From an uncultured Lachnospiraceae bacterium (GTDB lineage: Bacteria; Bacillota; Clostridia; Christensenellales; UBA1242): DNA of 37,049 nt. The translations under genes were made by a program, and so were the position numbers. The notes below the pieces were generated by a model. That model was not told the DNA's origin, ran no database searches, and saw only the letters and a program-made list of their open reading frames with translations. Below, piece by piece: positions 27,664-37,049 of this stretch. The DNA lies in assembly GCA_964403245.1 (NCBI GenBank), contig CAYOEW010000001.1:1-37049 (forward strand), read 5' to 3'. Within the stretch, counting starts at the first letter, position 1. Each line of letters opens with the position of its first letter.

Positions 27664-28717
27664 TTTAGCAAAAATTAAACTTGTGCACGACAAATTGTTG
27701 GCACTTGCAATGAAAAAAGGGTCGATAAACGAGGAAGATGTATATTTCGCACTTTTGAAAGTTGGAGAAAATGCAAAAAACACCGAAAAATTCATTGCCA
27801 CACTTGAAAAACGCGGGGTAAAAATCATCAAAACAAACGAAGATGATTTGTATAAAGACAATTTTGCAGATATTGAACTTTCTGTCAATGTTGATGACCC
27901 TGTGAAGATGTATTTGAAAGACATCGGAAAAGTCCCACTTTTGTCGGCTGAGGAAGAGAAAAAACTTGCTCAAAAAGTGATGGAAGGTGACCAATACGCA
28001 AAAAGCGTGCTTTGTGAGTCAAACTTGCGTCTTGTTGTCAGTGTTGCAAAAAAATATGTCGGAAAAACCTCAATGTCTTTCTTGGATTTGATTCAGGAAG
28101 GAAATATGGGACTTTTGCGTGCGGTTGACAAATTTGACTACACCAAAGGCTTCAAATTCTCAACATATGCAACATGGTGGATCAGACAGGCAATCACTCG
28201 TGCCATGGCTGACCAATCACGAACAATCAGAATTCCGGTTCATATGGTTGAAACAATCAACAAATATGTCAAAGTAAACCGCGTGCTTATGCAAAAACTT
28301 GGAAGAGAACCAACCATTGAAGAGATTGCAAAAGAAATGGATTTGTCTGTTGCAAAAGTTATGGACATCCAAAGAACAGCACAAGATCCAATTTCACTTG
28401 AAACGCCAATGGGCGAAGAAGATGATGGAAAGATGGCGGATGTGATTGTTGACGAAAGTGCAAAATCGCCAATTGAAAGCGCAACTCAAACCCTTTTGAG
28501 AGAACAACTTTTGGCTGTCATCGACACACTTACCCCACGTGAACAGGAAGTTATTCGTCAGCGTTATGGTCTTTTGGACGGAAGACAAAAAACTTTGGAA
28601 GAAGTCGGAAGAGAATTCTCGGTTACAAGAGAAAGAATAAGACAGATTGAAGCAAAGGCTTTGAGAAAACTTAAAAATCCAAACAGAAGCAAAAGACTTT
28701 TGGATTTTGTTGAATAG
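27644..28717 (+). CDS. rpoD: Primary RNA polymerase sigma factor SigA/RpoD
   Basis: [49 protein letters not shown]; follows dnaG. Confidence 0.97.
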   Translation: MSEEKIDLAKIKLVHDKLLALAMKKGSINEEDVYFALLKVGENAKNTEKFIATLEKRGVKIIKTNEDDLYKDNFADIELSVNVDDPVKMYLKDIGKVPLLSAEEEKKLAQKVMEGDQYAKSVLCESNLRLVVSVAKKYVGKTSMSFLDLIQEGNMGLLRAVDKFDYTKGFKFSTYATWWIRQAITRAMADQSRTIRIPVHMVETINKYVKVNRVLMQKLGREPTIEEIAKEMDLSVAKVMDIQRTAQDPISLETPMGEEDDGKMADVIVDESAKSPIESATQTLLREQLLAVIDTLTPREQEVIRQRYGLLDGRQKTLEEVGREFSVTRERIRQIEAKALRKLKNPNRSKRLLDFVE

Positions 28718-28725
28718 GAGAAGAT

Positions 28726-29427
28726 ATGAATATTGAAAATTTGTTGAAATATCAAAAATTGGACGAAGAACTTTTCAAAGTTGAGCAAAAACTCAAAAAC
28801 AGTCCAGCAAGAAAACAGGCAATGGAACTTACTGCCATTGCAAAAAAAGCACAAACAAGGTCAGCAGAACTTGAAAACGAAGCAGAAAAATTGATTGCTG
28901 AAATTGCGGATTTGAAGGAAAAATATTCAATTAACAAATCAAAAGCGGATGAAATATTGACAGCAGATTTTGAAACAATGACAATGGAAGATGTTGAGAA
29001 ATACAACATTTTGAAAGGGAAAATTGCTTCAAATCTCAATATTTTGGAAAAAATGCTTCAAAAGAGTGCGGAAAGCATAAATCACATTTTGTCAGAATTC
29101 AACAAGACAAAAAAGACTTATGATGAAGCAAGAACACAATATGCAATTTGCAAGCAAAAAATTGACGAAGAAAGCAAAAATCTTCAACCGGAAAAAGAAA
29201 GACTTGAAAAAGAACTTCTTGTGCTTGAAAAGGATGTTGCACCGGACGTTATGGCGGAATACAGAAAGAGAAGAAATGACAACATTTTCCCTGTCATCGT
29301 TCCACTTGAAGGCAACAATTTCTGCGGAAGATGTCGAATGGAACTTCCAAAAGTTGCAATTTCACGCATCAAAGAAACGGGTGTCATCACTTGTGAACAT
29401 TGCAAACGACTTGTTTATCAAAAATAA
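28726..29427 (+). CDS. Coiled-coil protein with C4 zinc ribbon (DUF164-like)
   Basis: Long coiled coil, then CGRC...CEHCKRLVY. Confidence 0.8.
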   Translation: MNIENLLKYQKLDEELFKVEQKLKNSPARKQAMELTAIAKKAQTRSAELENEAEKLIAEIADLKEKYSINKSKADEILTADFETMTMEDVEKYNILKGKIASNLNILEKMLQKSAESINHILSEFNKTKKTYDEARTQYAICKQKIDEESKNLQPEKERLEKELLVLEKDVAPDVMAEYRKRRNDNIFPVIVPLEGNNFCGRCRMELPKVAISRIKETGVITCEHCKRLVYQK

Positions 29428-29535
29428 AAAAATTGACCGAAAATTTCGGTCTTTTTTTGTAAATTTTGCAAAATTGGGTATTGACATGTGACCTTTTGGA
29501 TGATATAATGAAATCATCAAAAAAGGAGAAGAACA

Positions 29536-29775
29536 ATGGTAACACACAGAACTGGAAATGGGTTGAACAGAAGGGCTCAAATTAAATTTGGAAAAGAATA
29601 CAGAGGATTTGAGAAGACTCCATCTTTGTCTGAAAGAAGTGACATAAACAAACTTATTTCAAGAAAAAGAGATGATGCAAGATGTGCAAAAAGAGACTTG
29701 AAAGATGATTGTTATAACTATGGTCTTGAAGAAGTTCGCAGAGAAAGAATTGTTGACGAAGGCCGTTCAATGTAA
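29536..29775 (+). CDS. Small basic hypothetical protein, monocistronic
   Basis: TTGACA(29481)-N17-TATAAT(29504), RBS AAGGAG, terminator 29781-29807. Confidence 0.75.
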   Translation: MVTHRTGNGLNRRAQIKFGKEYRGFEKTPSLSERSDINKLISRKRDDARCAKRDLKDDCYNYGLEEVRRERIVDEGRSM

Positions 29776-29780
29776 AACAT

Positions 29781-29807
29781 AAAACACAGTTTTGACTGTG
29801 TTTTTTT
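29781..29807 (+). terminator. Bidirectional terminator
   Basis: AAAACACAGT-TTTG-ACTGTGTTTT. Confidence 0.8.
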
Positions 29808-29824
29808 GTTGCGAAAATTTGGAA

Positions 29825-30967
29825 TTAGGAATTTTTTTTGATTGTTTTTAAGAGTGATTTAATTGCAAAAATGAATTTTTCAACTTCTTGATATGTGTTG
29901 AAATATGACAAACTGACTCTTACTGCACCGCTTTCAAGAGTGCCCAGTGCTTCGTGTTTGAGCGGGGCACAGTGAAAACCACTTCTGACACAAATATTCC
30001 ACTTTTCGTCCAAATATGTTGCAACATCATTTGAGGAAATCTCGTCAATATTGAAAGCAAAAACGCCGTTTGTGTTTTCAGTTTTTGTGTAAATTTTGAT
30101 TGGAAGTTTTGAGAGTTCGTAGTGCAAATATGTCGTCAAGTCCTCAAGCTTTGCTTGAATTTGAGAGAAATTTTCTTCAACAAAACGAATCCCTTCTCCA
30201 AAACCCAAAATTGCGGGAGTGTTGAGTGTTCCACTTTCAAATCGCTCGGGAGAATTTGGGGGCATAACCCTTTCAAGCGAATTTGTTCCCGAGCCTCCAA
30301 ATCGGATAGGCTGAATTTCGACTTCACCGTAAATTCCAAGCACTCCAACACCTTGCGGAGAGAAAAAACCTTTGTGTGGAGCAAGTGTAAGAAGGTTTAT
30401 GTTCATCTTCTGCATGTCATACAAAAAATGTCCGCCACCCTGTGCTCCATCCACCAAAAAGGTGATTTTTTTCTCTTTCAAATGTCTTCCGATATCTTCA
30501 ATGTCTGCAACATCACCATTTACATTTGAAATATGGTTGCAAATCACAAGATATGTCTTGTCGGTCAAGCATTTTTCGATATCACTCCACACAATTCCCA
30601 CTTTTCCACTGCTGTGGGCGACAGAATAGGACACATTTTGCGTGTTTTTCAAATGTTCAAGTGGACGCAAAACACTGTTATGCTCATTTTCGGTGCAAAC
30701 AATATGTCCACCCGCTTTGCATGTTCCTTGAATTGCCAAATTGAGTGCATCAGTGCAATTGAGAGTGAAGATGATTTTGTCTGCGGTCGTCCCGATATGC
30801 TTGGCTGTGCGAGAACGGACATTTTCAACTTCCAATGCCGTTTTGATTGCTTGTTTATGTCCACTTCTTCCCGGATTTGCAGTGAATGTGTTGAGTGCGC
30901 TTAAAACTGCTTTTTGGACACATTTGGGCTTGATGAAACTTGATGCAGAGTTGTCAAAATAAATCAT
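29825..30967 (-). CDS. Cysteine desulfurase-family PLP enzyme (aminotransferase class V)
   Basis: MIYFDNSASS, ANPGRSGH, EHNSVLRPL, DGAQ, PHKG, ESGTLN, RSGFHCAPL; start ATG 30967 after AAGGGGAG. Confidence 0.9.
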   Translation of the reverse strand: MIYFDNSASSFIKPKCVQKAVLSALNTFTANPGRSGHKQAIKTALEVENVRSRTAKHIGTTADKIIFTLNCTDALNLAIQGTCKAGGHIVCTENEHNSVLRPLEHLKNTQNVSYSVAHSSGKVGIVWSDIEKCLTDKTYLVICNHISNVNGDVADIEDIGRHLKEKKITFLVDGAQGGGHFLYDMQKMNINLLTLAPHKGFFSPQGVGVLGIYGEVEIQPIRFGGSGTNSLERVMPPNSPERFESGTLNTPAILGFGEGIRFVEENFSQIQAKLEDLTTYLHYELSKLPIKIYTKTENTNGVFAFNIDEISSNDVATYLDEKWNICVRSGFHCAPLKHEALGTLESGAVRVSLSYFNTYQEVEKFIFAIKSLLKTIKKNS

Positions 30968-31045
30968 ATTGCTCCCCTTTGAAAACAATTTTTTGTTATT
31001 AACAATATAATATTTTAGGGGAGTTTTTGTGAATAAGGAGAACAA

Positions 31046-31300
31046 ATGAATTACACTTTGGCAGTGTTTCGAACACGCTTTGCAACTTTAAGTTTCGCAA
31101 ACCTTCTTCGAACAAACAACATTCCGTCAGCAATCATAAATACACCACAATCATTGGGTGGTGTTTGTGGAATTTCGGTCAAGTTTTTGAGTGATTATTT
31201 TTCAAAAGTTCAAACTTTGCTTTCTGTGAGAAGTTTGGATGGCAGTTTCGTTGGGTTTTACGCCTTCTCCGAAAGGAACGGAAGGTTGTTTAAGTTGTAG
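31046..31300 (+). CDS. DUF3343-like small protein
   Basis: F.T...L....I...IINTPQSLGGVCGISVKF pattern; RBS AAGGAG. Confidence 0.7.
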   Translation: MNYTLAVFRTRFATLSFANLLRTNNIPSAIINTPQSLGGVCGISVKFLSDYFSKVQTLLSVRSLDGSFVGFYAFSERNGRLFKL

Positions 31301-31338
31301 AAGAGCATATATTTGCCATTTTTTCATAAAATAGCGTT

Positions 31339-31890
31339 ATGAAATGGTTTTTTGCTGTGTTTTTCGGTTGTTCTTTTGTGTTTTTGACTGTTTTTGGCAT
31401 AAATTGTGTGTATGGTTATCTTTTTCCGGTGAAATTTGAAAGTGAAATTGAATATGCATGCAAAAAATGTTCAAATAACTCAAATTGTGAAGTAAACAAA
31501 GCGGTCGTGTTGAGCGTTATCAATGTCGAAAGTCATTTCAACAAAAACTCCATTTCTTCGCGCGGGGCGGTGGGGCTTATGCAAGTGATGACGTCAACCG
31601 CGGAAGAAGTTGCTTCTCAACTTGGACTTGAAAATTTTGATTTGAAAAATCCCGGTGAAAACATATTGATTGGAACATTTTATTTAAACAAACTTGTCCA
31701 AAAATTTGAAAATCTTGAAACCGCGCTGTGTGCTTATAATGCCGGACCATCAAATGTGAAGGCGTGGCTTTTGGACAGCGAAAAAAGTGATGACGGAAAA
31801 ACATTGAAAGAAATTCCGTTCAAAGAAACGCGAGAATATATTCAAAAATTTCGCCAAAATTTCAAATATTATCAAACAAAATTCAGATAA
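31339..31890 (+). CDS. Lytic transglycosylase (SLT domain) with N-terminal anchor
   Basis: VESHF, GAVGLMQV, AYNAGP, FKETREY. Confidence 0.9.
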   Translation: MKWFFAVFFGCSFVFLTVFGINCVYGYLFPVKFESEIEYACKKCSNNSNCEVNKAVVLSVINVESHFNKNSISSRGAVGLMQVMTSTAEEVASQLGLENFDLKNPGENILIGTFYLNKLVQKFENLETALCAYNAGPSNVKAWLLDSEKSDDGKTLKEIPFKETREYIQKFRQNFKYYQTKFR

Positions 31891-32001
31891 AAACGAAAAA
31901 AATGCAAAAAATCGATTTTTTTCGAAAATATTCGAACTATATCAGCATATTTCTTGACTGGCAAGCATTTTTTATTGTATAGTGAATTAAGGAGGATGGA
32001 T

Positions 32002-32313
32002 ATGGAAAGTAAGTTTTCTGGCGGATTGTTGGGTCTTATTGGAATCAATCTTTTGTGTGGTTTTTTAAATCTTATCACACTCTTCATTGCATTGCCATGG
32101 ACAACTTGCATCAAAGAAAAATGGATTGCAAAACACACAATCATTGATGGACAACAACTTACATTTGATGGAAACGGCGCTCAACTTTTTGGCAACTACA
32201 TCAAATGGCTTTTGTTGACATTCATCACAATCGGAATCTACAGTTTCTGGCTTAACATCAGAATGAAACAGTGGGTTACAAAACACACTCATGTTGCTGA
32301 AGCAAAAAACTAA
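32002..32313 (+). CDS. DUF898-family small membrane protein
   Basis: SKFSGG, HTIIDGQQLTFDG, KWLLLTFITIGIYSFW; start moved to ATG 32002 (RBS GGAGG). Confidence 0.8.
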   Translation: MESKFSGGLLGLIGINLLCGFLNLITLFIALPWTTCIKEKWIAKHTIIDGQQLTFDGNGAQLFGNYIKWLLLTFITIGIYSFWLNIRMKQWVTKHTHVAEAKN

Positions 32314-32478
32314 TTGAGTGCGAAATGGATTGATTTGCATTCAAAATTCTGTTGCAAATGCTTTACATTTTCAAAAAATAGGGCTAAAATGACTTCGTAA
32401 GTTGTTTTAACCCTTTTTTTATTCAAAACTATATGAGTTTTTGACGAAAAATTTGTTTAAAACAAACATATCAAAAAA

Positions 32479-32553
32479 CGGGGTGTAGCGCAGGGGTAGC
32501 GCGCTTGGTTCGGGACCAAGAGGCCATGAGTTCAAATCTCATCACCCCGACCA
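32479..32553 (+). tRNA. tRNA-Pro(CGG)
   Basis: CGGGGTGTAGCGCAG...CTTGG TT CGG GA CCAAG...GTTCAAAT...CACCCCGACCA. Confidence 0.95.
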
Positions 32554-32646
32554 AACAAAAAAATCCAAGCGATAGCGAGGATTTTTTTTGTTTGTATTTT
32601 TATTTTTTCACTTTTCGTTTTTCACTCTTCTTTCATTTCAGGTTTC

Positions 32647-33012
32647 TTATTGATATTTTTCTTTTGTTTGAATTTTTTTTAATTCAACAAATTGTGGGGA
32701 TTTCACAACTGCAATTTCTTCTTCTGTCAAAGGTTGAACTTTTATTTTTTGAAGGAAAAGTTGTTGTTTTTCTTGTGACAGTTCGCTTGAAATATCTTCA
32801 TATTCTCTGGCAAACAGCTTGTTGTTCTGAAATATATTGGCATAAACAACAAGGTTTTCGGCAGTATCCAACACTCCTTCTCCGGTGTAAGTTATTTCGT
32901 TTGCATCAATATCTTTACCAGAAACCCCAAGTTTGATTATTCTGTATATATTTTTTTCTTCAAGTGTTTTTCCTTTAAAGTGCTTACAAAGCATACCAAT
33001 TTGGTAAATCAT
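32647..33012 (-). CDS. DUF1653-like small protein
   Basis: G.LCKHFKG...IYRII...ENLVVYANIF...LFAR pattern; RBS AAGGAG. Confidence 0.6.
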   Translation of the reverse strand: MIYQIGMLCKHFKGKTLEEKNIYRIIKLGVSGKDIDANEITYTGEGVLDTAENLVVYANIFQNNKLFAREYEDISSELSQEKQQLFLQKIKVQPLTEEEIAVVKSPQFVELKKIQTKEKYQ

Positions 33013-33031
33013 ATGATTTCTCCTTTTTATT

Positions 33032-33601
33032 TTAATACTTATTTAAGTATTCTTCCAATATTCTTGTGTCTCTCAACACCATGAATTTTGTTCTGTACAC
33101 ACTGTCATATTTAGATGCTTTTAACTTACCTAAACAATTTTTCACCTTTTCCAAAGCATCAATTTTGTTTAACCACAAAATCTCTGCGCCTTCATCTTTT
33201 TCCTTTTGTGTCAAGTTTAAGTGTCCAACATCCCTTATCTTTTTTGCAACAAACACAAATGATAATTGCTTAAAATTCTCTTTTGTTTTATTTTCTTTAA
33301 TAGTACCGAGACAATTTAAAATTTGAATTTCAACACCAGCTTCTTCCAAACACTCTCTTTTGAATGCTAACTCTGGAGATTCTTGTCCTTCTATTCCACC
33401 ACCAGGAAGCTTATATTCGTTTTTATTCTTCTTATGAAATATTGCAATTCTATTGTTATCATCAACAATAATTCCCCTAGCCCCAAACCTAACTTTTGCA
33501 GGTTCATCATTAGCTATGTTTTCCTCTCCAAAACTCTCATCATCAATTGTTGCAATACTTTTGTATGCCTCTTCTAAATTTATATTAAAATCGAAACTCA
33601 T
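33032..33601 (-). CDS. NUDIX hydrolase
   Basis: Nudix box GGGIEGQESPELAFKRECLEEAG; start ATG 33601 after AGGAGG. Confidence 0.9.
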   Translation of the reverse strand: MSFDFNINLEEAYKSIATIDDESFGEENIANDEPAKVRFGARGIIVDDNNRIAIFHKKNKNEYKLPGGGIEGQESPELAFKRECLEEAGVEIQILNCLGTIKENKTKENFKQLSFVFVAKKIRDVGHLNLTQKEKDEGAEILWLNKIDALEKVKNCLGKLKASKYDSVYRTKFMVLRDTRILEEYLNKY

Positions 33602-33764
33602 TTTTCCTCCTTGTGAAACTAGTGATTTATATATGTTTTCAGTAATTAAAATGCTTTGTTTATGAAATAATATATCGGAATCATTTGACTTGTTTTTTAA
33701 AAAATCGACTAAACAATCTCTTCTTGCTTGCTCATTATATCCAATTTTGTTAAAAAAATGTGTT

Positions 33765-33850
33765 TGGTGCAGAGGATGGGACTTGAACCCACACGATGTT
33801 GCCATCACAGGCATCTGAAACCTGCGCGTCTGCCATTCCGCCACCCCTGC
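33765..33850 (-). tRNA. tRNA-Leu(CAG)
   Basis: GCAGGGGTGGCGGAATGGCAGACGCG-CAGGT TT CAG AT GCCTG-long variable arm-GGGTTCAAGTCCC...CTGCACCA. Confidence 0.95.
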
Positions 33851-34151
33851 ATGCTATTTAAGATTATAATCTCTGTAATCGTTTTTTGTCAAGTCTTTTC
33901 AAATGATATGCTTTTCCGTTAAAGTTGATTATTTTTATATTTTTATTTAAAAATCATGTTTTTTTGCAAAAAATCAGATAAAAATCAAATTTTTAAGAAA
34001 AAAATGCGAAAAAGTTGTAAAAATGAACAAAAAATCGTCTTTTTTCTGAAAAAACAAAAAAAGTTTGTGCTGTTTTCTGATTTTGCTATTGATTATCAAC
34101 CTTTGCTGTGATATAATTTTCCAGAAGAAAATTTTGATGAAAGGAAAATGT

Positions 34152-34970
34152 ATGTTTTACTTAAAATGTTTTAAATCAACCGCTGAAATGTCCACAAAGC
34201 ACAAAAATGACCTTTTGGACCTTGTTGACCAGTGCTACTTTATTTCAAGAAAAGAATTGAAAAGTGTGATAAATTCGTATGACGGAAGAGAAAGTTTGTG
34301 CGTGTTCAACGAAGACAAAAGAATGTGTGGTTTTGCTTGTTTTGAAGAAGCTGATGATGAATTGTTTCTTGCATATCTTTATGTTGAAGAGGGATATCGC
34401 GACAGGGGGTTCGGGTCGGTTCTTCTTAAAAATCTCTACAAAATTGCAAAAAATGATGGAAAAGATTTTGTTACGCTTCTGGCATCAAGTGTAAACAAAG
34501 GCGCAGTTTCTCTTTACAAAAGAAATAAATTTTTGATTTATAGATGTGCTCCGGATTCGGCGACGATAAGAATGAGAAAATATACTTCAAATAAGACTTA
34601 TTTTTCTGGCGCGATAATTTATGAGTTAGAAAAGAAATTTGGAAAACAAAACATTACAAAAAACTTGCAAGAACTTAAAAAATGTGATTATGAAATGTTT
34701 TACAAATATTTTAAAGCGCAAAATTCAGAAATGGACAAAAAAATTGATATTTTGCTGAAAGATAAGACATTTTTGGATGCGTGTGCTGAAATTGAGAATG
34801 AAAATTGTTTGTCAGAAACACAATCTGTTGGAAAATTTGTTGCTGAAGACTCCAGGTCGCGTGGGAAAGATTTGAAACTTGTTTTGAGATGCGTGAAGGA
34901 CTTTGAAGACCAAGAAAAGTTTTCAAAAGTGCTTGCGGAAGAAAATGTTGACAGAATAATAAATTTTTAA
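34152..34970 (+). CDS. GNAT acetyltransferase with C-terminal extension
   Basis: LYVEEGYRDRGFGSVLL acetyl-CoA motif, NKGAVSLYKR; start placed at ATG 34152 after AAAGGA. Confidence 0.8.
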   Translation: MFYLKCFKSTAEMSTKHKNDLLDLVDQCYFISRKELKSVINSYDGRESLCVFNEDKRMCGFACFEEADDELFLAYLYVEEGYRDRGFGSVLLKNLYKIAKNDGKDFVTLLASSVNKGAVSLYKRNKFLIYRCAPDSATIRMRKYTSNKTYFSGAIIYELEKKFGKQNITKNLQELKKCDYEMFYKYFKAQNSEMDKKIDILLKDKTFLDACAEIENENCLSETQSVGKFVAEDSRSRGKDLKLVLRCVKDFEDQEKFSKVLAEENVDRIINF

Positions 34971-35026
34971 GCAAAAAATCTGTTTTTGTCATTGAAAAAA
35001 CAGCTGAATTATGTTATAATTAAATT

Positions 35027-36286
35027 ATGAAAAAAACAATCAAAATTTTTGATGTAAGTTATCAAGGTGCTGGGGTTGGAAAGACTGATGGCAAGATTGT
35101 TTTCGTTCCAAAAACTTTGCCGGATGAAGTTGTTGAAATTGAAGTGGACGCAAATTCCAAAAGTTTTTCAAACGGCAAGTTGTTGAATGTTGAAGTTGCT
35201 TCAAAAAGACGAGAAAAAGCGATTTGCCCATATTTTGAAATTTGTGGTGGATGTGCTTTCCAAAATTGCGATAAAGAATATGAAAAAGAACTCAAAACAA
35301 AAATTTTGAGAAGTGAACTTAAAAAAGTTGGCTTTCAAGGAGAAATTGAATTTTGCGAAAGTGAAAAAAGATTTGCTTATCGAAACAAAATCAAACTTGC
35401 TGTTCAAAACAACAGAATTGGCTACTTCAAACCCAAAAGTCATGATTTTTTTGAAATTGAATGTTGTCCAATTGCTTCTGAAAAAATCAATTCCAGTTTG
35501 GCTGTCACAAAAGAATTTTTGAGTGTAAATGAATTTAGGGAACTTCAAAATGTATACATAAAACAGGTTGATGAAAAAATCGCGATTTGCTTTCTTTTTG
35601 AAAAAAATGCAAAAATTGACACGAAAAAATGCAAAAATTTGGAAATTTTGAGTGATTTTTCGGTATTTTTTGCATTTGGAAGAATTTTGGAAGATAATAA
35701 CACCAAAATCTTTTGCGTTTTGGGAAATGAAAAACTCAAGAAAAATATTGGTGATTTTGAAATGGATGTCGATGTTTCAGCGTTCAATCAGGTCAATGAT
35801 TTTGTTGCAAAAAAGATGTATGACCAGCTTGTTTCGATGAGTGACGGAAAACGAGTTGTAAATGCATATTCTGGACAAGGACTTTTGACATTTATGCTTT
35901 CAAAACAAGCAAAATTTGTTTATGGAATTGAATATCAATCATCTGCACATCAAAGTGCACTGAAATTGGAAGAATTGCAGGAAAAATATTGCATGAAAAG
36001 TGTTTGCGGAAAGGTTGAAGATGAATTGCCAAAAATTCTTGCAAGTGACATGATTGATTTGATGATTGTTGACCCGGCTCGTGAAGGTTGTCAAAAATCT
36101 GTGCTTGAAGAAGTTGAAAAAAGCAAGATTTCGGAGTTTGTGTATGTGTCTTGTGATTTTGCAACTCTCACGCGTGACCTGAAAATTTTGACAAAAACAT
36201 ATCAAATCGACAGTGTGCAAATTTTTGACATGTTTCCCTGCACTTGCAAAATGGAGTGTTTGGTGAAATTGTCCAGAACGCCGTAA
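35027..36286 (+). CDS. rlmD: 23S rRNA (uracil-C5)-methyltransferase, RlmD/RumA family
   Basis: TRAM domain, CPYFEICGGC, YRNK, FNQVN, YSGQG, DPAREG, YVSC, DMFP. Confidence 0.88.
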   Translation: MKKTIKIFDVSYQGAGVGKTDGKIVFVPKTLPDEVVEIEVDANSKSFSNGKLLNVEVASKRREKAICPYFEICGGCAFQNCDKEYEKELKTKILRSELKKVGFQGEIEFCESEKRFAYRNKIKLAVQNNRIGYFKPKSHDFFEIECCPIASEKINSSLAVTKEFLSVNEFRELQNVYIKQVDEKIAICFLFEKNAKIDTKKCKNLEILSDFSVFFAFGRILEDNNTKIFCVLGNEKLKKNIGDFEMDVDVSAFNQVNDFVAKKMYDQLVSMSDGKRVVNAYSGQGLLTFMLSKQAKFVYGIEYQSSAHQSALKLEELQEKYCMKSVCGKVEDELPKILASDMIDLMIVDPAREGCQKSVLEEVEKSKISEFVYVSCDFATLTRDLKILTKTYQIDSVQIFDMFPCTCKMECLVKLSRTP

Positions 36287-36453
36287 TTTAGGGAGTTTTG
36301 AAAAGTTAGTTTTAATTTTTTAAGTAGTTTAATAAGATATTTAAAAATCTTTAACTATTTCTGTTGACTATTTTGTCTGTTTATGTTACACTATAAACAG
36401 CAGTCAAAAAAGAAAATTTTTGGATTGTTTTTATTTTGAAACAGGAGTTGTCG

Positions 36454-37049
36454 GTGGCATCTTTTAATATGAGAAAAATTATCAGTTTTTTGCTTGTTTT
36501 GGTTGTGGCTGTTGTCACAGGCCTTTCTGTCGGCAAAATTTATGTTGATACCATCGAACCTGATGTAATCGTAAACGGAACAGAAGCGGATTTCAGAGAA
36601 AGCGAAGAAGACATTTTGAAATGGGTTAATCGTGCAAAAAGTGGTTCGGCGGTGACAAGTTTCAATCAAATGCAACTCTACAACATTGCGGAATATAATC
36701 TCTATCACGCTGATGGATACTACAAACTTATGACCGGAAACGTTTTGGCAAATGCCGGAATTGTGAAAGTTAATCAAAATATGAAGAGTGAAAAATTGTT
36801 CAGAGATGGAACTCTTGTGTTTAACAAATACAGCCCTTCATCAGGTTCGCTTGCTCCAGAAATTTGCAGTCGAATGATGTATAACTCAAACACAAACGAA
36901 ATCAAAATCAACAAAAACGGAACATTCACAAACACTTCTGGAAGTCTTGAATCAATCACAGCACATTTTGATGAAAATGACAGTGAAGTTTGGACGATGG
37001 ATAAATATAAAGAAGTTTTCTTCACCACTCCTGACAATGTGATGCCATA
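36454..37049 (+). CDS. Exported or membrane-anchored hypothetical protein, 3' truncated by window edge (absent from the ORF track)
   Basis: RBS AGGAG, GTG 36454 (or ATG 36469), MRKIISFLLVLVVAVVTGLSVG signal-like segment; frame open to the end. Confidence 0.8.
   Translation, partial: MASFNMRKIISFLLVLVVAVVTGLSVGKIYVDTIEPDVIVNGTEADFRESEEDILKWVNRAKSGSAVTSFNQMQLYNIAEYNLYHADGYYKLMTGNVLANAGIVKVNQNMKSEKLFRDGTLVFNKYSPSSGSLAPEICSRMMYNSNTNEIKINKNGTFTNTSGSLESITAHFDENDSEVWTMDKYKEVFFTTPDNVMP

Noticed and set aside
26044-27924. Several 70-216 aa minus-strand ORFs
   Set aside because: Antisense shadows of dnaG and rpoD
32505-32936. 143-aa plus-strand ORF
   Set aside because: Starts inside tRNA-Pro and runs antisense to the DUF1653-like gene
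33602-33844. N-terminal extension of the NUDIX ORF
   Set aside because: Reads through tRNA-Leu(CAG); an SD precedes ATG 33601

Overview
Low-GC chromosomal segment from a Firmicutes (Clostridia-like, probably spore-forming) bacterium. It is mostly housekeeping: asnS (partial), recO, addB-addA, cysK, an M18 aminopeptidase, asnA, dnaG-sigA, a cysteine desulfurase-family gene, an RlmD-family gene and three tRNAs, with several orphans, sporulation-type genes/promoters and small tRNA-linked islets in between. The standout is the ~450-nt region in front of asnA (21860-22312). I see no T-box there. Instead it reads as a multi-tier, ribosome-coupled asparagine sensor: (1) a consensus sigmaA promoter, a 26-aa leader peptide with six consecutive Asn codons and a terminator/antiterminator pair; (2) a second terminator that the freed 3' arm of the first can disrupt; (3) a second Asn/Asp-rich 23-aa leader coupled to an anti-SD/SD switch, with a possible H-type pseudoknot, over the asnA start. 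Other leads are a membrane-anchored coiled-coil protein with five AT-hooks, an ~88-nt four-hairpin candidate ncRNA, a back-to-back sigmaE/sigmaF promoter pair and several probable leaderless mRNAs. All helices were paired by eye and all family calls come from motif recognition; no searches were run.
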